Notes: a model not told the origin generated them from the letters alone. 64,000 bases of DNA from Klebsormidium nitens (GCA_000708835.1 DF237139.1:1-64000), one strand, 5' to 3'. Counted from the first letter of the stretch, positions 48,101-60,808 are shown. Translations and numbers: made by a program.

Positions 48101-49538
48101 CAATGCGCCAGCTTCCCGAACCTGTGCTACCAGCCCACCGAGATCTTCTCCATCAACGCGACCTTTTTGTACGGCGAGTGTATTTTCACCCAGGCCATCC
48201 CGGCCTCGCTGGCCCTGGCCGCGGAGATTGTGAATGCGTCCCGGGCGCCCAGTTTCGCGCTCAACACGCCGGTGCGCATCTCGAACGTGTCCGCGGTCGA
48301 AACTCGTTTTTGGGCGACGATGCAGAACCAGACCGGGGTGCCGTACGCGTACAACGGGAGCGCGCCGCCGGCGGTTTACGACTACACGCAGTGCGCGGAG
48401 GTCGACTCGCAGTTCTTCTTCTCGGGTCAGTCGGTTTCTTGTTCTCCTTGTTCGGTGCATTGCTTTTTCTCTACCCGTTCCATTGTTCTTCGATGATTGT
48501 TGATTCATGTGACCACCAAAGCCGATTCAGGAGATTGCATATCTCACAAGAAAAGGTTTCAAACAACCCTGCTCATCCTTGTCCCCCCTATCCCTAGTCA
48601 CTCCCTCCCAAAGTAAGGCGACGGATTCTACCAACCCTTTTACAATGCTGTCACGCCAGCTCAACCGTTCAAAAAGTCCCAACGCCGGTCCTGCAAAACA
48701 CCCAAGTCTTTCAACCCCCTTTTGTTAGTCATAGAGGAATCGCCAAGGCCGAATTCTGCAGAAACGCAAAGCTTTCGAGACTGAAACGAAGATTGGACCT
48801 GTGGCAACGGAGACACAACAAAGGGCGACAGGAGCAGACAGCTGGCTGAAAAATCAATTTTGCAAAAGCACTCCATATGGTTACGTAAGCGCCTTTACGA
48901 AGGCTCGCGACGTGGGGCGCTTTCCACTCGAATCGCTGCAGTCCCCATCAGGAAATGGTCCTCTACTTCTGACGTAAGCACCAATGTTCGCGCTACGTGC
49001 GCAGGAGGCTCCCTCTGAGATGGTAGCGCGCAAATACGTGGCGCATCCCGAAAATCCATGCTTATCCCAGACCGCCCACTCACGTCCGGCCACGTGTGCA
49101 GGCGCCCCCTTCGAGATGGTCGCGCGCGACTACGTGGCGCGCACGATCAACCAGGCGCTCAACACGACGCTCACCAAAAAGGACGTCCAGATCGCAAACG
49201 CTATGGAGAGCATCGGGCTCGCTATGCCCATCGAGCGCTACAACGGGTTCAATTCCACGGTCCGCAAGATTCCGTACACGGTCATCCGCGGAATGTCCAA
49301 CGGCCTGCACGGAACGGTGAGGCAGTCCGCACCGGGGGTGTGGGTACCGGGTACCGTGGTACCCAGCGACTTCACGAACGGGTACGGCTTCGCGATCGCG
49401 AGCTTCTCGTCGCTTATCATGACGTGGCTCCAGAACCGGTGCCTCACGGGAGTGGGCGCCGGCAATACGACCCTGTGCAGCTTCTCGCTGGCGGCGTATG
49501 GGGCGCCTGGCGGCATCGCTTCGTCTGAGGCGAATTGA
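45132..49538 (+). CDS. Secreted chimera: AGP-like Ala-Pro domain plus nucleoside phosphorylase / MTA-SAH nucleosidase (PNP_UDP_1)-fold domain
   Basis: Five in-phase exons (45132-45485, 45972-46074, 47030-47187, 48026-48425, 49102-49538). Signal peptide, APAPAP repeats, then LVTTGIGPGQA, IVYSGTSG, IGDLCVS, NAMESIGLA and YTVIRGMSN. Confidence 0.78.
46700..46930 (+). repeat. Two intronic copies of the acceptor and exon start at 47030
   Basis: Copies at 46704 and 46870; the flank tagggtctgatgtgaaa is also repeated; 160-166 nt period. Confidence 0.92.
47880..47962 (+). repeat. Intronic copy of the acceptor and exon start at 48026
   Basis: Copy reads VNRLADLWMSPFSVNWDC versus used VNRIGDLCVSPFSVNWDC. 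Confidence 0.9.
48996..49050 (+). repeat. Intronic copy of the acceptor and exon start at 49102
   Basis: Copy reads APSEMVARKYVAH versus used APFEMVARDYVAR. Confidence 0.85.
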
Positions 49539-51394
49539 CGGTCGAGATAGAGGGACTTCGTAATTGATGGTCGAGCTGGTAAGTGTTGGAGGGCTCAGGG
49601 GTAGCTGAGGGAGACTCGGACGGTCGTGGTGGAGACAGCTTAACGATTGACGGTCCCAATGGAAGGTGGTTGATCGGACGGTCAAGATGGGCTCTCCTTA
49701 CGTTGGCGGTCGCGAGGTGAAGCCTTATAATTGTCGGTGTTGTAGATTCATACGTATGGAAAGTACGACGTGACTGCTGTCGAGTTTGGTTATTCTCCCG
49801 TTGATTTAGAGGTACGGTCGGGAAACGGGCTGGAAGGTCAAGCTGGGTTAGGCGCAGTCGGGGGCAGGGTTAGAGCTTATCATGGTCCACATCTGCTGCA
49901 GCAGTCTACTTATATTGTCGGCACTTTTTGGTTAAAGTATTGACCCGCGCCTTCTTAACACCAAGTAGCATCAGAAGTCAAACGGGGCGCAAAGCGGTCC
50001 TAGTTGCGTTGGCGCGGGTGTAAATAATAAAAAAGGTCGTTGCGTTAGCTGCTCGTCGTAACTTATGAAGTCGTTGTGCACGCTCGAACGAGTCTGGCAA
50101 TATTGTTTTCCGGGCAAGCTTGGGGCAGGCCTGGCTGCATACTTGAGGATTACCGCAGTTTGATCGTGCAGAATCCATCCACCTCATCCAGGCAATTTTC
50201 GGTGCATATCATTCACGACGTACGGTTCGACGGGTAAAGCTATGCCGGCTGAATTTGATGTCTTATGCTTAAATCCCTTGATTGAGATCTGCACCCTTGT
50301 TATTCTAACGATTCATGCGTGTTGAGTCAGTCGAGATTTTTCTGGGAGTTCGTGTACCGCGCGTCCTACTAATGGATTAACCCATGAGAAAGAGATCAAG
50401 TGCATGATGCATTATGTACCGAATCAACGTCCAACAATGATAACGTGCAGATCTCAAGGCGCAGTCTCCGATCATGCAGCTAAACCGACATCCTTCCTGA
50501 TGGTCCAAATATTATTTGACTTTGATCTCCTGCTAACCTGTCCATCCCGCAGCGCGGCCACATCGGAGACAATAAGTTACCAAGCGTTTGGCCGGCACCG
50601 ATATGCGTACTCGGTAGATATCTATAGATTCCTTTTAGCCGATCATGTACCGCACCGGCTGCATGCACAGGTCAGCTAAAATCTGGTCCGCCTTTCTCTA
50701 TTTACATAGAGAACCCTAAGTTCATGAGTAAGAAGGCAGGATCTTTCTACTGTTTTCATTGAGCTACCAGCCGTCACTGCGCAGCGGCAGTGGCAAACTT
50801 ATAGTTGGAACTCGTTCAACGTCGCGGTGCGGGCAGAGCGGGCCTGCAGCCCCGCGCGAGTGCTCTCGTAACTCGTACCGACTTTATTAGTAAAGTAGCA
50901 TGAAAGGAGATATATTCAAAGGTTTGAGGAATCTCAAACGGCGGCAAATTAGATCGTATAGGAGCACAATCTGGTTCTCTGCAGGCGAGTGGTGCCCTAG
51001 CTTTATCGAATGCTGAGACGTACGTCCGTCACCATGTGGAGTTCAATCGATCCAAGTCGGCGTCCGACGTGAAGAAACCATTGAATTGAAGGCGTTATAA
51101 GCGGCTCTGCTTTAATGATTGCCGGCCCAATCTTTTCTGAAGCATGTTTCCTCAAAACGTCGTTGAAGTCTAATACGCCCACGGTCTTTATAATCATACA
51201 GTAAAGTTCTCGCGGCTTATGTAGGTACGTGAGTTAATCAGAAGATTACGTTGGAGCCCGCCTACCATCCACTTTACTGGCTTCAATGAACATCTCCGGT
51301 CCGCCAAATCCTTGCCGTCGACCATGTTTTAAAATCCATACAACCTCTATTAACCAATGCTAAACCTGCCCGTCATGCAAGGCCTGACCAAACC

Positions 51395-53257
51395 CTAGGG
51401 ACTTGTATTGAGAGCCACCCCGGGCCCGCTCGGGCCGGTACCAACCGTCACTCCGTTCGGTGTGATGGAAATTCCACCGGGGCTGCTGATTTGGATACCG
51501 GGCAAGGCCCCGGTAGAGACCGCCGGTACCGAACCGGTTGTGGGAGTCAGCACCGTGGGTATCGAGGCTGACGTCAGCATGGGCACCGGGGCCGGTAGAA
51601 CCGGGGGGGTGACGACCGGTATGACGAAGGGGAAGCAGATGAGCAGACCTGCGAGGAGATGGCCAAGTTACGCATCAAAGCAGAGCGGATCTCTGAGGCT
51701 GTTACAAAGGTCCTACTCGATGTCAGAGAGAGTGTTCGGATGAAGCGATTAATCCTCGACACCTTACGATCAAAAGATGGATGCAGTCATGGGCGGACTT
51801 GATTTGAGAGTTGCACACCAAAGGCGCTGCACGTAAATGGAGCCCTTTATTCGCTCGCTAGGAATATACCCGGCCACATGGCTCCCAGTGTAGAGATTGC
51901 TGGACGACGAGAGCCCCACAGAAAGTCCCTCCCAAGAGCGGGCACTCAAGAAGCTGCGGCGGACGCTTGCTTGCGTGCAGAGTTCCAAGCGACGCTCAAA
52001 ATAAACACTTCAGATTGGCTTCAAGACGTATGCGCTGCAGAAACGTTGCACGAACGTGGCCCCAGAAAACAGCCGGAAAACGGAATCTCAATTTCAAGAG
52101 TTGAATGATACCCCAACGGTGCAAACAGCGTCAATCATAGCCCTTCTTAATCTCAGCCAGTGTTTCGAAACTCCATGCTAAATGCCCAGTCTACTTGAAA
52201 GGCACTCCATTGATCCCCAGAAGATCGAACTAAACTTTCTGTTCTCAGCCAATCTTTCACTGCATGAGATTTGTTGCTCAATCCACTTACCGACCGGTAG
52301 AACGTTCACCGGGATCTTTGCAACCACAGCTCCGTTGAGTTTGCACCCCCAGCGGAGTCCCCCGCCCGTCTGACACACGTGGCCGTCGCGGGTGTTGAAG
52401 CCGAACTGCGACTGGCCATCCTGAGACCACTCCGTGACGCCATTGCTGACGACTGAGCTCCCCTGCACAAGACAACAGATCAGAAGACGCAGTGAAAAAC
52501 AAGCTCAGTGAACGATAAGACAGTTTTGGACGGTCAGGGAGAAAGGTTGGGTGCAAGTGCGAAGCGCGCATATCTTTGGTTTAAAATTATGCAGGTTACA
52601 TCCATTAAGTTTGATGAAAGAGCAATTATCCACTGGATGAATTGGAAGAGTACTATCAAGATGTACCTGTGCGAGGAGCCGGCGCTCGATGGGGGATCCC
52701 CCGTTCCACTCGGTGACGTCATCCGTGACCGGGGATCGGTTCTTGGTGAGGAGATCGCGCCCGGCGAGCGTTTTCTGGCCCTGTAGATGCACGAAAAGAT
52801 TAGAGTTTGGCTCGCTGCCGAGTGAGAAGGGAGTGAGAAGGTCACGCAATTCACTTGATACTTTTGATCGTGCCGCAGGCAAAGTATATGCGTCGGAAAA
52901 GGGACTATTTCTCTGGAATCTATGCTTAGAACAGGTTACCTAGCACCATGATTGTAGTTCTTAAAAACGATCGTGGAGATGATACGAGCAAGTAGAGCTC
53001 TACAATCCACTATCTCAGAGCCAGAAGAAAGGACTGGCGCAATCAAGACGCCTCTCTTCCATTGTGAGAAGAGAAGCGTAAAAAGTTAGAATATAAGCAA
53101 CCTAAAACGTTCCGGAGAGAAAACCTGGAAAGCAATCCATTTGAAAAAGCAATCGGGTGACAAGCAACACGCTAAACTGGTCACCGAAGCAAGCAAGGCT
53201 CACCTGAAGAACGACCAGAGTCGCAAGAAGAAGAAGAGCACAGCGAGAAGGCGCCAT
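51395..53257 (-). CDS. Small secreted proprotein with Pro/Thr/Gly-rich tail
   Basis: Four in-phase exons 53257-53204, 52780-52667, 52462-52291 and 51648-51395 give MAPSRCALLLLATLVVLQ|GQKTLAGRDLL...RRLLAQ|GSSVV...C...C...|GLLICFPFVIPVVTPPVLPAP... Confidence 0.72.
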
Positions 53258-54375
53258 CGCTCGTGCAAGGGACAGGGCGCAAGTACGGAGGTTCCGATGC
53301 CTCTTGCAAGTTTTGAATCTACTTCTTCATCTCACCCGCTCAGAGGTCTGTATCTGAGCTTTCAATATGCTTCCACCCTCCTCTCATACCAAAACTACAC
53401 GAGCAGCTGCTGAGACGCAGAGTGATCTCAGGTCTTTCAGCAGCAGTGGTTTTGGCTCGCAATCTTACAGACTTCCAAACCCGTGCCAGGTTTCGTGTAA
53501 TCTGAACCACTCATACAGAACGCCTTTGGTCCAGCCTTCCATTTCACAGAAGAGGGACGAGAGTCCGTGATGAGCAAACCTCTCGCTTCTTCTTTCAGGA
53601 GTCGTGGTTGGAGACGTCGAACAATGTCCAGCCATTTGAGCTACGCATTACCTAATGCAGTATCCTCGAGCCTCTTGATTTCGAACTTATTCCTATTGTG
53701 GAGGTAAACGGTTAGATTGACGTCGCATTTGATCGCAAAGATTCTTATGATTCGACGGCGCCCTCTTTGAAAGGCGCTATGCTGTGAGTTCGACATTGTA
53801 AGCGTCAAAACCACAAGTCTCGGTAGCTGATTCATGAAGCTCACTAATCCAAAGTCAAGCACGGGCCCGAGTACATTGCGTGCGCCAACATTCGATCTCC
53901 GCAGAGAAGTTGCAAGCGGGATCATAGAAGACTTATATCGATGTCGTTTGGTCTTATACAAGTACTCCTTATCGCTTTTACAAGCTTATGCCCCCACCTC
54001 AGCGTGTTGCAAGGTTACCGTTGCTCCTTGCAGTAGTTTAAAGCCGCTTTGCGCAATATGCGAGCGGAATCAAAGAGTGCACTCTGTTCGGCTTCGACTC
54101 TTTCAGTACGGGACGCTGCATTCGGCACGCTCACCGACTAACAAGTACGCGCCCTCCGATATTGTGCTCCGTATAGCTCGGAACGATGGATCCCAATGCG
54201 AAACACTGTTGGCAGAGGAGCGTTATAGTCTGAAGAGTTCTTCACCTGACTCTTCTATTCGACGGAACCTATATGGCAATGATGCTAACATTCTAACGTA
54301 TCAACCTGCTTATCGACTTCCGCTTGCTAAGAAAGAAAGAAACTTCGTTCTGCTTTGCCGCGTCGAGAGTCCACT

Positions 54376-57300
54376 CTAGTTCTCCTTTTCCGGCTGGCCC
54401 CATCGCACCACCCCCGCCTCGTGCTGCGCCTTCCACTCCGCCTCCTCCGTCTTACACGTGGCGAGTATCCGACGGCCCGACTCCAAGAGCACCGCGGCCG
54501 CGGCCGCGCTCAGGAGGCACAGCGCGACGATCTTCTGCGCGCCCGCGGAGTAAATCGGCGCCGCCAAAACCCCCAAAACGCCCGCCCACAAGAGCCAGGG
54601 GGCCGCCAGGGCGGTTACCGGTAACCCAGGGTTAACGGACAGGATGATGGTAACCAGACTCATGGAACCCAGATAGAAAAGGGCCCAACCTAGAAACGGG
54701 TGCACCGTTGTGGGCACCGCCCAAAAGGCGAGAACCGCACTGCCCCCGAGTGAAAGGTAGATTGCAGTTGCTCGCAACGGGGGGCTGAAACGCAGGCGAG
54801 TTTTTACCCCCAGAAAGAGGCGAGACAAGGTTGAGGTGCTTTTCGGGGGAGGGGAAGAGCTGCGCGGGAGGGAGAGGGGCAACCCCAGGTTCGACCCCGG
54901 GGGAGAGCGGGGGCGGTGGGAACCACGAGCCTGTGTGTGACGCAAGCAGTGACGTCAGGAATGATAATTTGAGGGCTTCTTCTCGATCTTTAGCTTGGAC
55001 CTTATAGCGGAGAGGCTTTGATTTGCTTTGCTTCCGGTATAGAGATTGGAACAATGCTCTTCGAAAGGGAGATCTTCAGAGGGTTGGACGTTATGAAAGG
55101 CCCACCAATAGCGCTGGACCTCAAGTAAGTTTCTTACAGGATTGTGAACGACTTTCTGACCGGACCAACTCCCTTTCTGGATCATTTCTTGCCTTGAAAC
55201 GAGAAGCTTCGTTAAGCAGCAGGCAAAGAACGACTGATGCGATTTCTTGATGGTCATCATGCCTGTTTCCAAGCAAACAACCTCCTTGCGCCTTGTCCAG
55301 TTCTGAGTCATCACCCCACCCGAACTTCGTTTCTCTTGTACTACCAGATTCTTCGTGTAGACCCGCAAACAACTTTCTCGAAAACCTTTCTTGTTGGCGA
55401 GACAAAGTGGGGAAAAATGCCACAGCTTTCAACGACTCACCGACGTTCTTTGCGAGATCGAAACCACGCTGATCCCGAGCACGAACCAAGCGGTCGCCAG
55501 CAAAAGCGCGCGGTACAGCTCCGGCTCATAGCCTATGGTCTCGGCGCGGCGCTTATGCCACTCGAGGGTGAGGGGAAGAAGCGGCCAACTCCACCAATAC
55601 CAGGGCTTTAACACTGGCGCTCCCGGGAAGGTGAGGACGCCCTGTGGGGCGCAGGCTGGTGTCAAGGTCCACCTGAAGTTGAGGTCTGCACGGGAAATTC
55701 GCAGCACTTGCTCTGTAAATCTAAGCGGCTCAAGGTAGGAAGACGTTACGGAGGTGCTGCAAGATTTTGGCTGACCGAGATGATCCAATTCTTTGACGAA
55801 CGCTGGAAGGGCTTGCGGTGCTGCGGGCTTTTCCGAGAGTCCACTCGTAGTCGAGATTCTAGGCTCTCTCAAAACTGTTCCTGCTACGATAGTTCCGTCA
55901 TTCCAGTCATCTCACACGCTCTTAGTATCCTTCCGGCCGAACGACGCTTCTTCAGAGACATGCAGACCTACGCCTTCTTGAGGGCTTGCTCCTGGCTTCG
56001 GGCGCAACAAATCAGATAGCAACAGGCATTCCTAAACGCAGACCATGCGAGACAAACGAGAGAAGTCTAGGAAGAGATGCACACTCACAGTAGTACACGT
56101 GATCCATCTGGTATCCCAACGGCAGCCGGTATGTTCCGTTCAGCCGGGCGGAACCAGGTGGTAGCGGACGGAACATCGGACAGTCCAGAAGGTCCGGGAA
56201 GTAGGACGCGAGGAAGCCCTGATCCGCGCCGTCAAAGGATGGCGCCGTCTCTAGTTGCTTCAGCATGTCGGCGTAAGTCTCCAGAGAAGGCTGTAGGAGA
56301 GGGGGATTGCTTTTGACTTATAACTTCTGAGCTTTTCCTGTTTTCGTTCAGGAGCGCTATTGTGCGAGTTCAGGGCTGAGAATTCAGGAAGGATCTATCA
56401 GGAGTGAGGGCTTTCCTAGCTCTTAGTCTTGGGTTTTGACATAGTGACGCTTGAAATGGGTACTCAGGTGATGGGCTTGCATAGCAAGGCTAGGACAAAC
56501 GACTGGCGCATCGCTTCGAAGCAAGGTTACGAAGTTTTGGTTCAACAACTGATCACAACAATGTGGCGAAGAGATAGAAAGCGGCTAATTATCTGGATAC
56601 AATCTTTTGCACGGGATGTTGGGGAGATTATATCGGCTCGATCCAACGCTTGGATCCGATATCCGCTGGAAAATCATCGGAAAGAAGAAAGCGCTCAATG
56701 AAGCAGCTTCAAGACGTTTTCGTGAAAGCGGATAGAAGAAAGAACGAGAGGTTGAAGTCCAGCAGAATCAATATACAGAAGTAAAGGCAATGCTTTCCCC
56801 TCCATGAATCCCAACGCTATTTTCTTCGGGAAAGAAAGGGACTGTATTCATAGAGTCAAAAAAGATGGTTGGAGGTACCTTGAGTACCATGAGACCAGTG
56901 TGGAAGATGCACGGGTTGATGAACACCGCGCAAAAGTCCCCGCACGCAAACAGCTCGTCCACGTTGCGCAGGAACAGATTGTCCGCGTCTAGTTGCACCA
57001 CGCGCGCGTACTCCGTCAGGCGCCACGCGAGCAGCTTGTTGAGCGCGCGCGCGAAGCGCGGCTGCACGCCGGCGCGGCCGCGGTAGGGGTTCGGGACGTC
57101 GGCCACCGAGAGCACGCGCGCGCCCTCGGATTCCCTGGGGACCAGACACTGAAGAGGTGAGAGGTAGTAAGAATTGTGATAGAAGATTTGATCGAAAGAT
57201 CTGAGCCGAACGCAAGGAGGGTTGACCTTCTCTGGCAATGACCTAACAAATGCAGAACCAAGCGCTGGTCGTAAGGCCCGGCTGATCATCCATATCAATG

Positions 57301-58766
57301 TTCAGGCGCTGAGAGTCGAAGAAGGTGGGACGGTTGCTATGTCAGGATCAGGATCAGGCGTAGTGAAGCGAAGACGAACTACTGCTTGATTGGTGCAAGA
57401 ATGTCATTCACTACAGCCGCATCAGATCAGAGCAAGGGTAAAACCAATTGGTGACCAAGTCCTTTTGAATATACAGGCAGAACGACGAGTCCAAATCGCA
57501 ACCAGATCAGACGTCAGCGCCACTTTCATTTTCAAGCAGGCTTCCTCTGTGCCGCTTGTTCTCTCAGCCATTCTTACCAAAGTACCAAAGTCTCGCTGTC
57601 TTAACTATACTCTTTGGGGGGCAAGCTTACAGAGTGTCTATCCAGTCTTGGGGCACCCCCTCCGATGCCAAAACCACGACGTCGGCGTCCGTGCCCGTCC
57701 AAAGGAGCGACTGAATCATGACTCTGGTCGCCACGAAGTACTCGTAGTCCCGGCTGGTGTCCACGTACAGAATTGTCGAAAAGGCGACCTCCGCCGTTCG
57801 ATTCCCGCCCCCGACGCATCTCCTTGTCTGCTGTCCACCTTTCAGAGCATTTCCAAGTACTCGCTTGTCTCTTCCATGCTGTTCGAGAACTGAGGTAGCT
57901 CTTGAGTCTGCCTTCTTGAGATGGGACTCAGAGACCTGTTTCTCATTGCGGACATCTGCACTTTCTCGCTCCTGGCGCTGAGAAGAGAAACGGTACATCC
58001 ATCCAAATAATGGGAGCATCTGCCAGGCGCTGCTTGTCACCTCGGCGCCGCTCTCTCCTCTCGCGGCCGGCTTAGAAGCCCCCACAAAATCTCCCCTTCC
58101 ACACCCCTTCGCTCTTGTTTCCTTGGCCAGCACCGCCTCTTCTTTTTCCACAATCACAGAAGGCAGTTCCAGGTTCTCTCTCAAAACCCCGGCCTTTTCA
58201 TCCTTTTCGTATTTTCTTTCGTGGCCAACTGTAGCGTTGCTGCACTCACTGCTTTTTTCGCACTCGACATGAACTATGTCCTTCCTGGCATTCGCAAAGT
58301 CGCCATGGACTCCTCGGAGCTTTCCGCCGGGGCCCTGCTCGCGCGCAACGTCTTCTGCGTTCTGCGCACTTTCTTCCACTGTCCTTCCGAGACCCTCCGA
58401 TCCAGATCCGAGAGATCTTGATGAAAAGGGATGCCGCGCAAAACCCTCGCCGGCATGCGCCACTTCTTTCCGCTCTCCTTGCGCAACCCCTAACAAAGAG
58501 GCTCTTGCCAGCTTCCCCTCAACCTCTGCAAAGTCAGGTTCTGCGTTTCTACTTCCAGGATAAACCGCGCCTTCCTCTGCACCCGTTGCTACACTCTGCT
58601 TTGATCCCGCTGAACCGTGAGCGACCGCTGACGTGGCCCCTACTAGGACGAGGACGAGCGCTGACGTCATTGCAGCGCTCAGCGACCATGAGCCCCGGTC
58701 TCTCCTCCCTGCCCCCATCCCCTCAGGCTGGAATGGCAAATCTCTTTTCACAGCCGAGTCTTGCAA
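54376..58766 (-). CDS. PGSIP8: GT8 glycosyltransferase, PGSIP7/PGSIP8-like
   Basis: YFVATRVMIQSL, LNKLLAWRLTEYARVVQLDADNLFL, FCAVFINPCIFHTGLMVLKP, SFDGADQGFL, RLPLGYQMD and LKPWYWWSWP, then a multi-TM C-terminus. The start codon is uncertain (58766, 58718 or 58670). Confidence 0.9.
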
Positions 58767-59765
58767 TCCAACTTCTGAGCTATCTTCAGTCCTTTTCCCG
58801 CTTTTGGAACCAGAGTGTACTATGCTTTCAGGGCCGCACTTTTCTCCTCTTTTCGGATCGTGGACCAGCGCTGAATCGTCTCCCTTCGGAACTCAGAGCG
58901 TCAATGCACAGCAGTCAGGGCGTGCTGACGAAGAAAGACATGAACTCTCTCCATCTTTGCTTCTTGTTTTTGGATCCTTATTGTTTGAACGGGACTGCCG
59001 CCAATTTTTGAAAGAAAACCCCCTGCTGCAATGTGGCTGCTGTTGGTCGTGGCGGAAACCGCTTGCTGCAGCTTCTGTTCAATCCGACTTGATCGTCTTG
59101 GCAAGGAATTCGAAGCTGGTAGCGCCCCTCTTTAGCGTTTACTAATTGACGAAAAGGAATGAGCTCCTCTCCCGGAATTATAACGACACCTTCTTTTCCA
59201 GAGGAGCAGGTACCTACTTGATCGAGTGAACGCCAGATCATCGATACGAAGAATGGCTGACATATGCCAACACATGATCGACTTCGTCAAGCTGGAAGCG
59301 TTTCCTACCGGCACGGTGAGTGCTTCCAGCTCAAGTCCTTGACATACATGATATGCGACAGCTAGCCCGCGCGCGTTTCGACATAGCTCGAGACAACTGT
59401 CAACGCTTCCAAGTTTTGTTTGTTGCGGCGAGGCGCAAAACCACGAAGGCTTATCGAACGTCAAAGCCTGCAACGTGACTTATGTGCATGCCAGTGACAC
59501 TGCAGACCACGGTTGCTGATTGATACGTCTTGACGAAAGCTGGTGCCACATGTACGTTGATTTACGGTGTTGTCAGATGCGTAAGCGAGTCAACGAATAG
59601 CAGCCCATCAGGACGGCCGTCGAGCTCCCAGATCCGCTCAAAGCGAACATTCAAAATCCTAAAACCCATTAAATAAGCATTCAAACCTTACACGCGTTTA
59701 CAATCAAATTAGCGGCGGCTGGGCGGATGCTTTGATATACTTCTCGATTTCATGGTGCCTACGAG

Positions 59766-59919
59766 CATGTTGACTAAGGATGGTGCTCGGGGCATTGAAC
59801 GAACAAAACTAAAAACCTAAACCGACAACTTAATTGACACGCTCCGCACCCGTACCCACCCTAACCCCTACCCGTCTCCCGGGCACTTTCCTTAGTCAAC
59901 ATGGCCCTTAGTCGACATG
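59766..59919. mobile_element. Short element with 15-bp inverted ends (MITE-like), same family as 42668
   Basis: catgttgactaagga (59766-59780) is the perfect reverse complement of tccttagtcaacatg (59889-59903). Internal gctccgcacccgta...ctacccgtc motif is shared with the other copies. No TSD found. Confidence 0.6.
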
Positions 59920-60808
59920 AAATCAAGACCTATGATTCTTTGACCGTGCAGCGATAATTACTGATCAGTCGCGATTTAAGGTGGTTCAGTTATTCTAATT
60001 CCAGAGCCTTCGCGCCTTCCGACAGTCATCAACGGACTCCTGCTTTTGATTAATGCAGGAGTTTGCCCATGGATACAATCATTTCCTGACGTACCGCAAA
60101 TTTCAGTGTGCTCGATATCGGACCTGATAACTGGGCGCAGCGGGCGCGGGAGGTTGAGTCGATTTTAAATTAATTACCGTTTTTGTTAAGAGTCACGTCC
60201 GCGGCCAACCTGAGATCTAGTCAGTATCCAACTACAAACGTTGCGGCGGCGCCGTTTCGCACAGCAGTATAATTCGATTAAATTTCGAACAGCTCGGGTC
60301 GATATATGTTCAATTTTCTGCTTCGGTTTCAATTCCCTTTCTGCTTCTACTTCTGTCTCGTTCTCGTTCGCATTCTTCATCCGTCTTTTAGGAACGTCTT
60401 CATTCAGATACTTCAAGCTGTAAAGCAAGACAGTACTTTCAGTGTATCGAAGATCGACCGCGAGCCTTTAACAATTGGGTTGTTAGTTCGAGATCCCCAG
60501 GCCGCCCGGGACTCCTTGCAGACTGCACATCTTCCCGAGCATGTTCACCGCTCGGGCCTATGAAGTGAAGTAGAACGGTTTCGGCGCTTCTCTCCGGTCC
60601 TAGCATTCGTATTGAAATCATTGAAGAATCTTATGTGTCCAATCTCTATACGTACAATCCTGCTAGGCTGCAGTCAACTTAGCCGACGGGCGGTGATCCA
60701 TACAATCACACCATATCTTAGCTACTGTCGTATGAGTGAATCCCACTGTCCAGTCTCTGTACATTTTGGTCAACAGTCGGCATGGCCCTCGCTGCATTAA
60801 ATTAACCA

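Noticed and set aside
9422-58766. Apparent cell-wall/glycosylation gene cluster (GT47, GT8, AGP chimera, Pro-rich proteins)
   Set aside because: The genes are interspersed with unrelated genes, have no shared pathway logic, and these classes are common enough to co-occur by chance.
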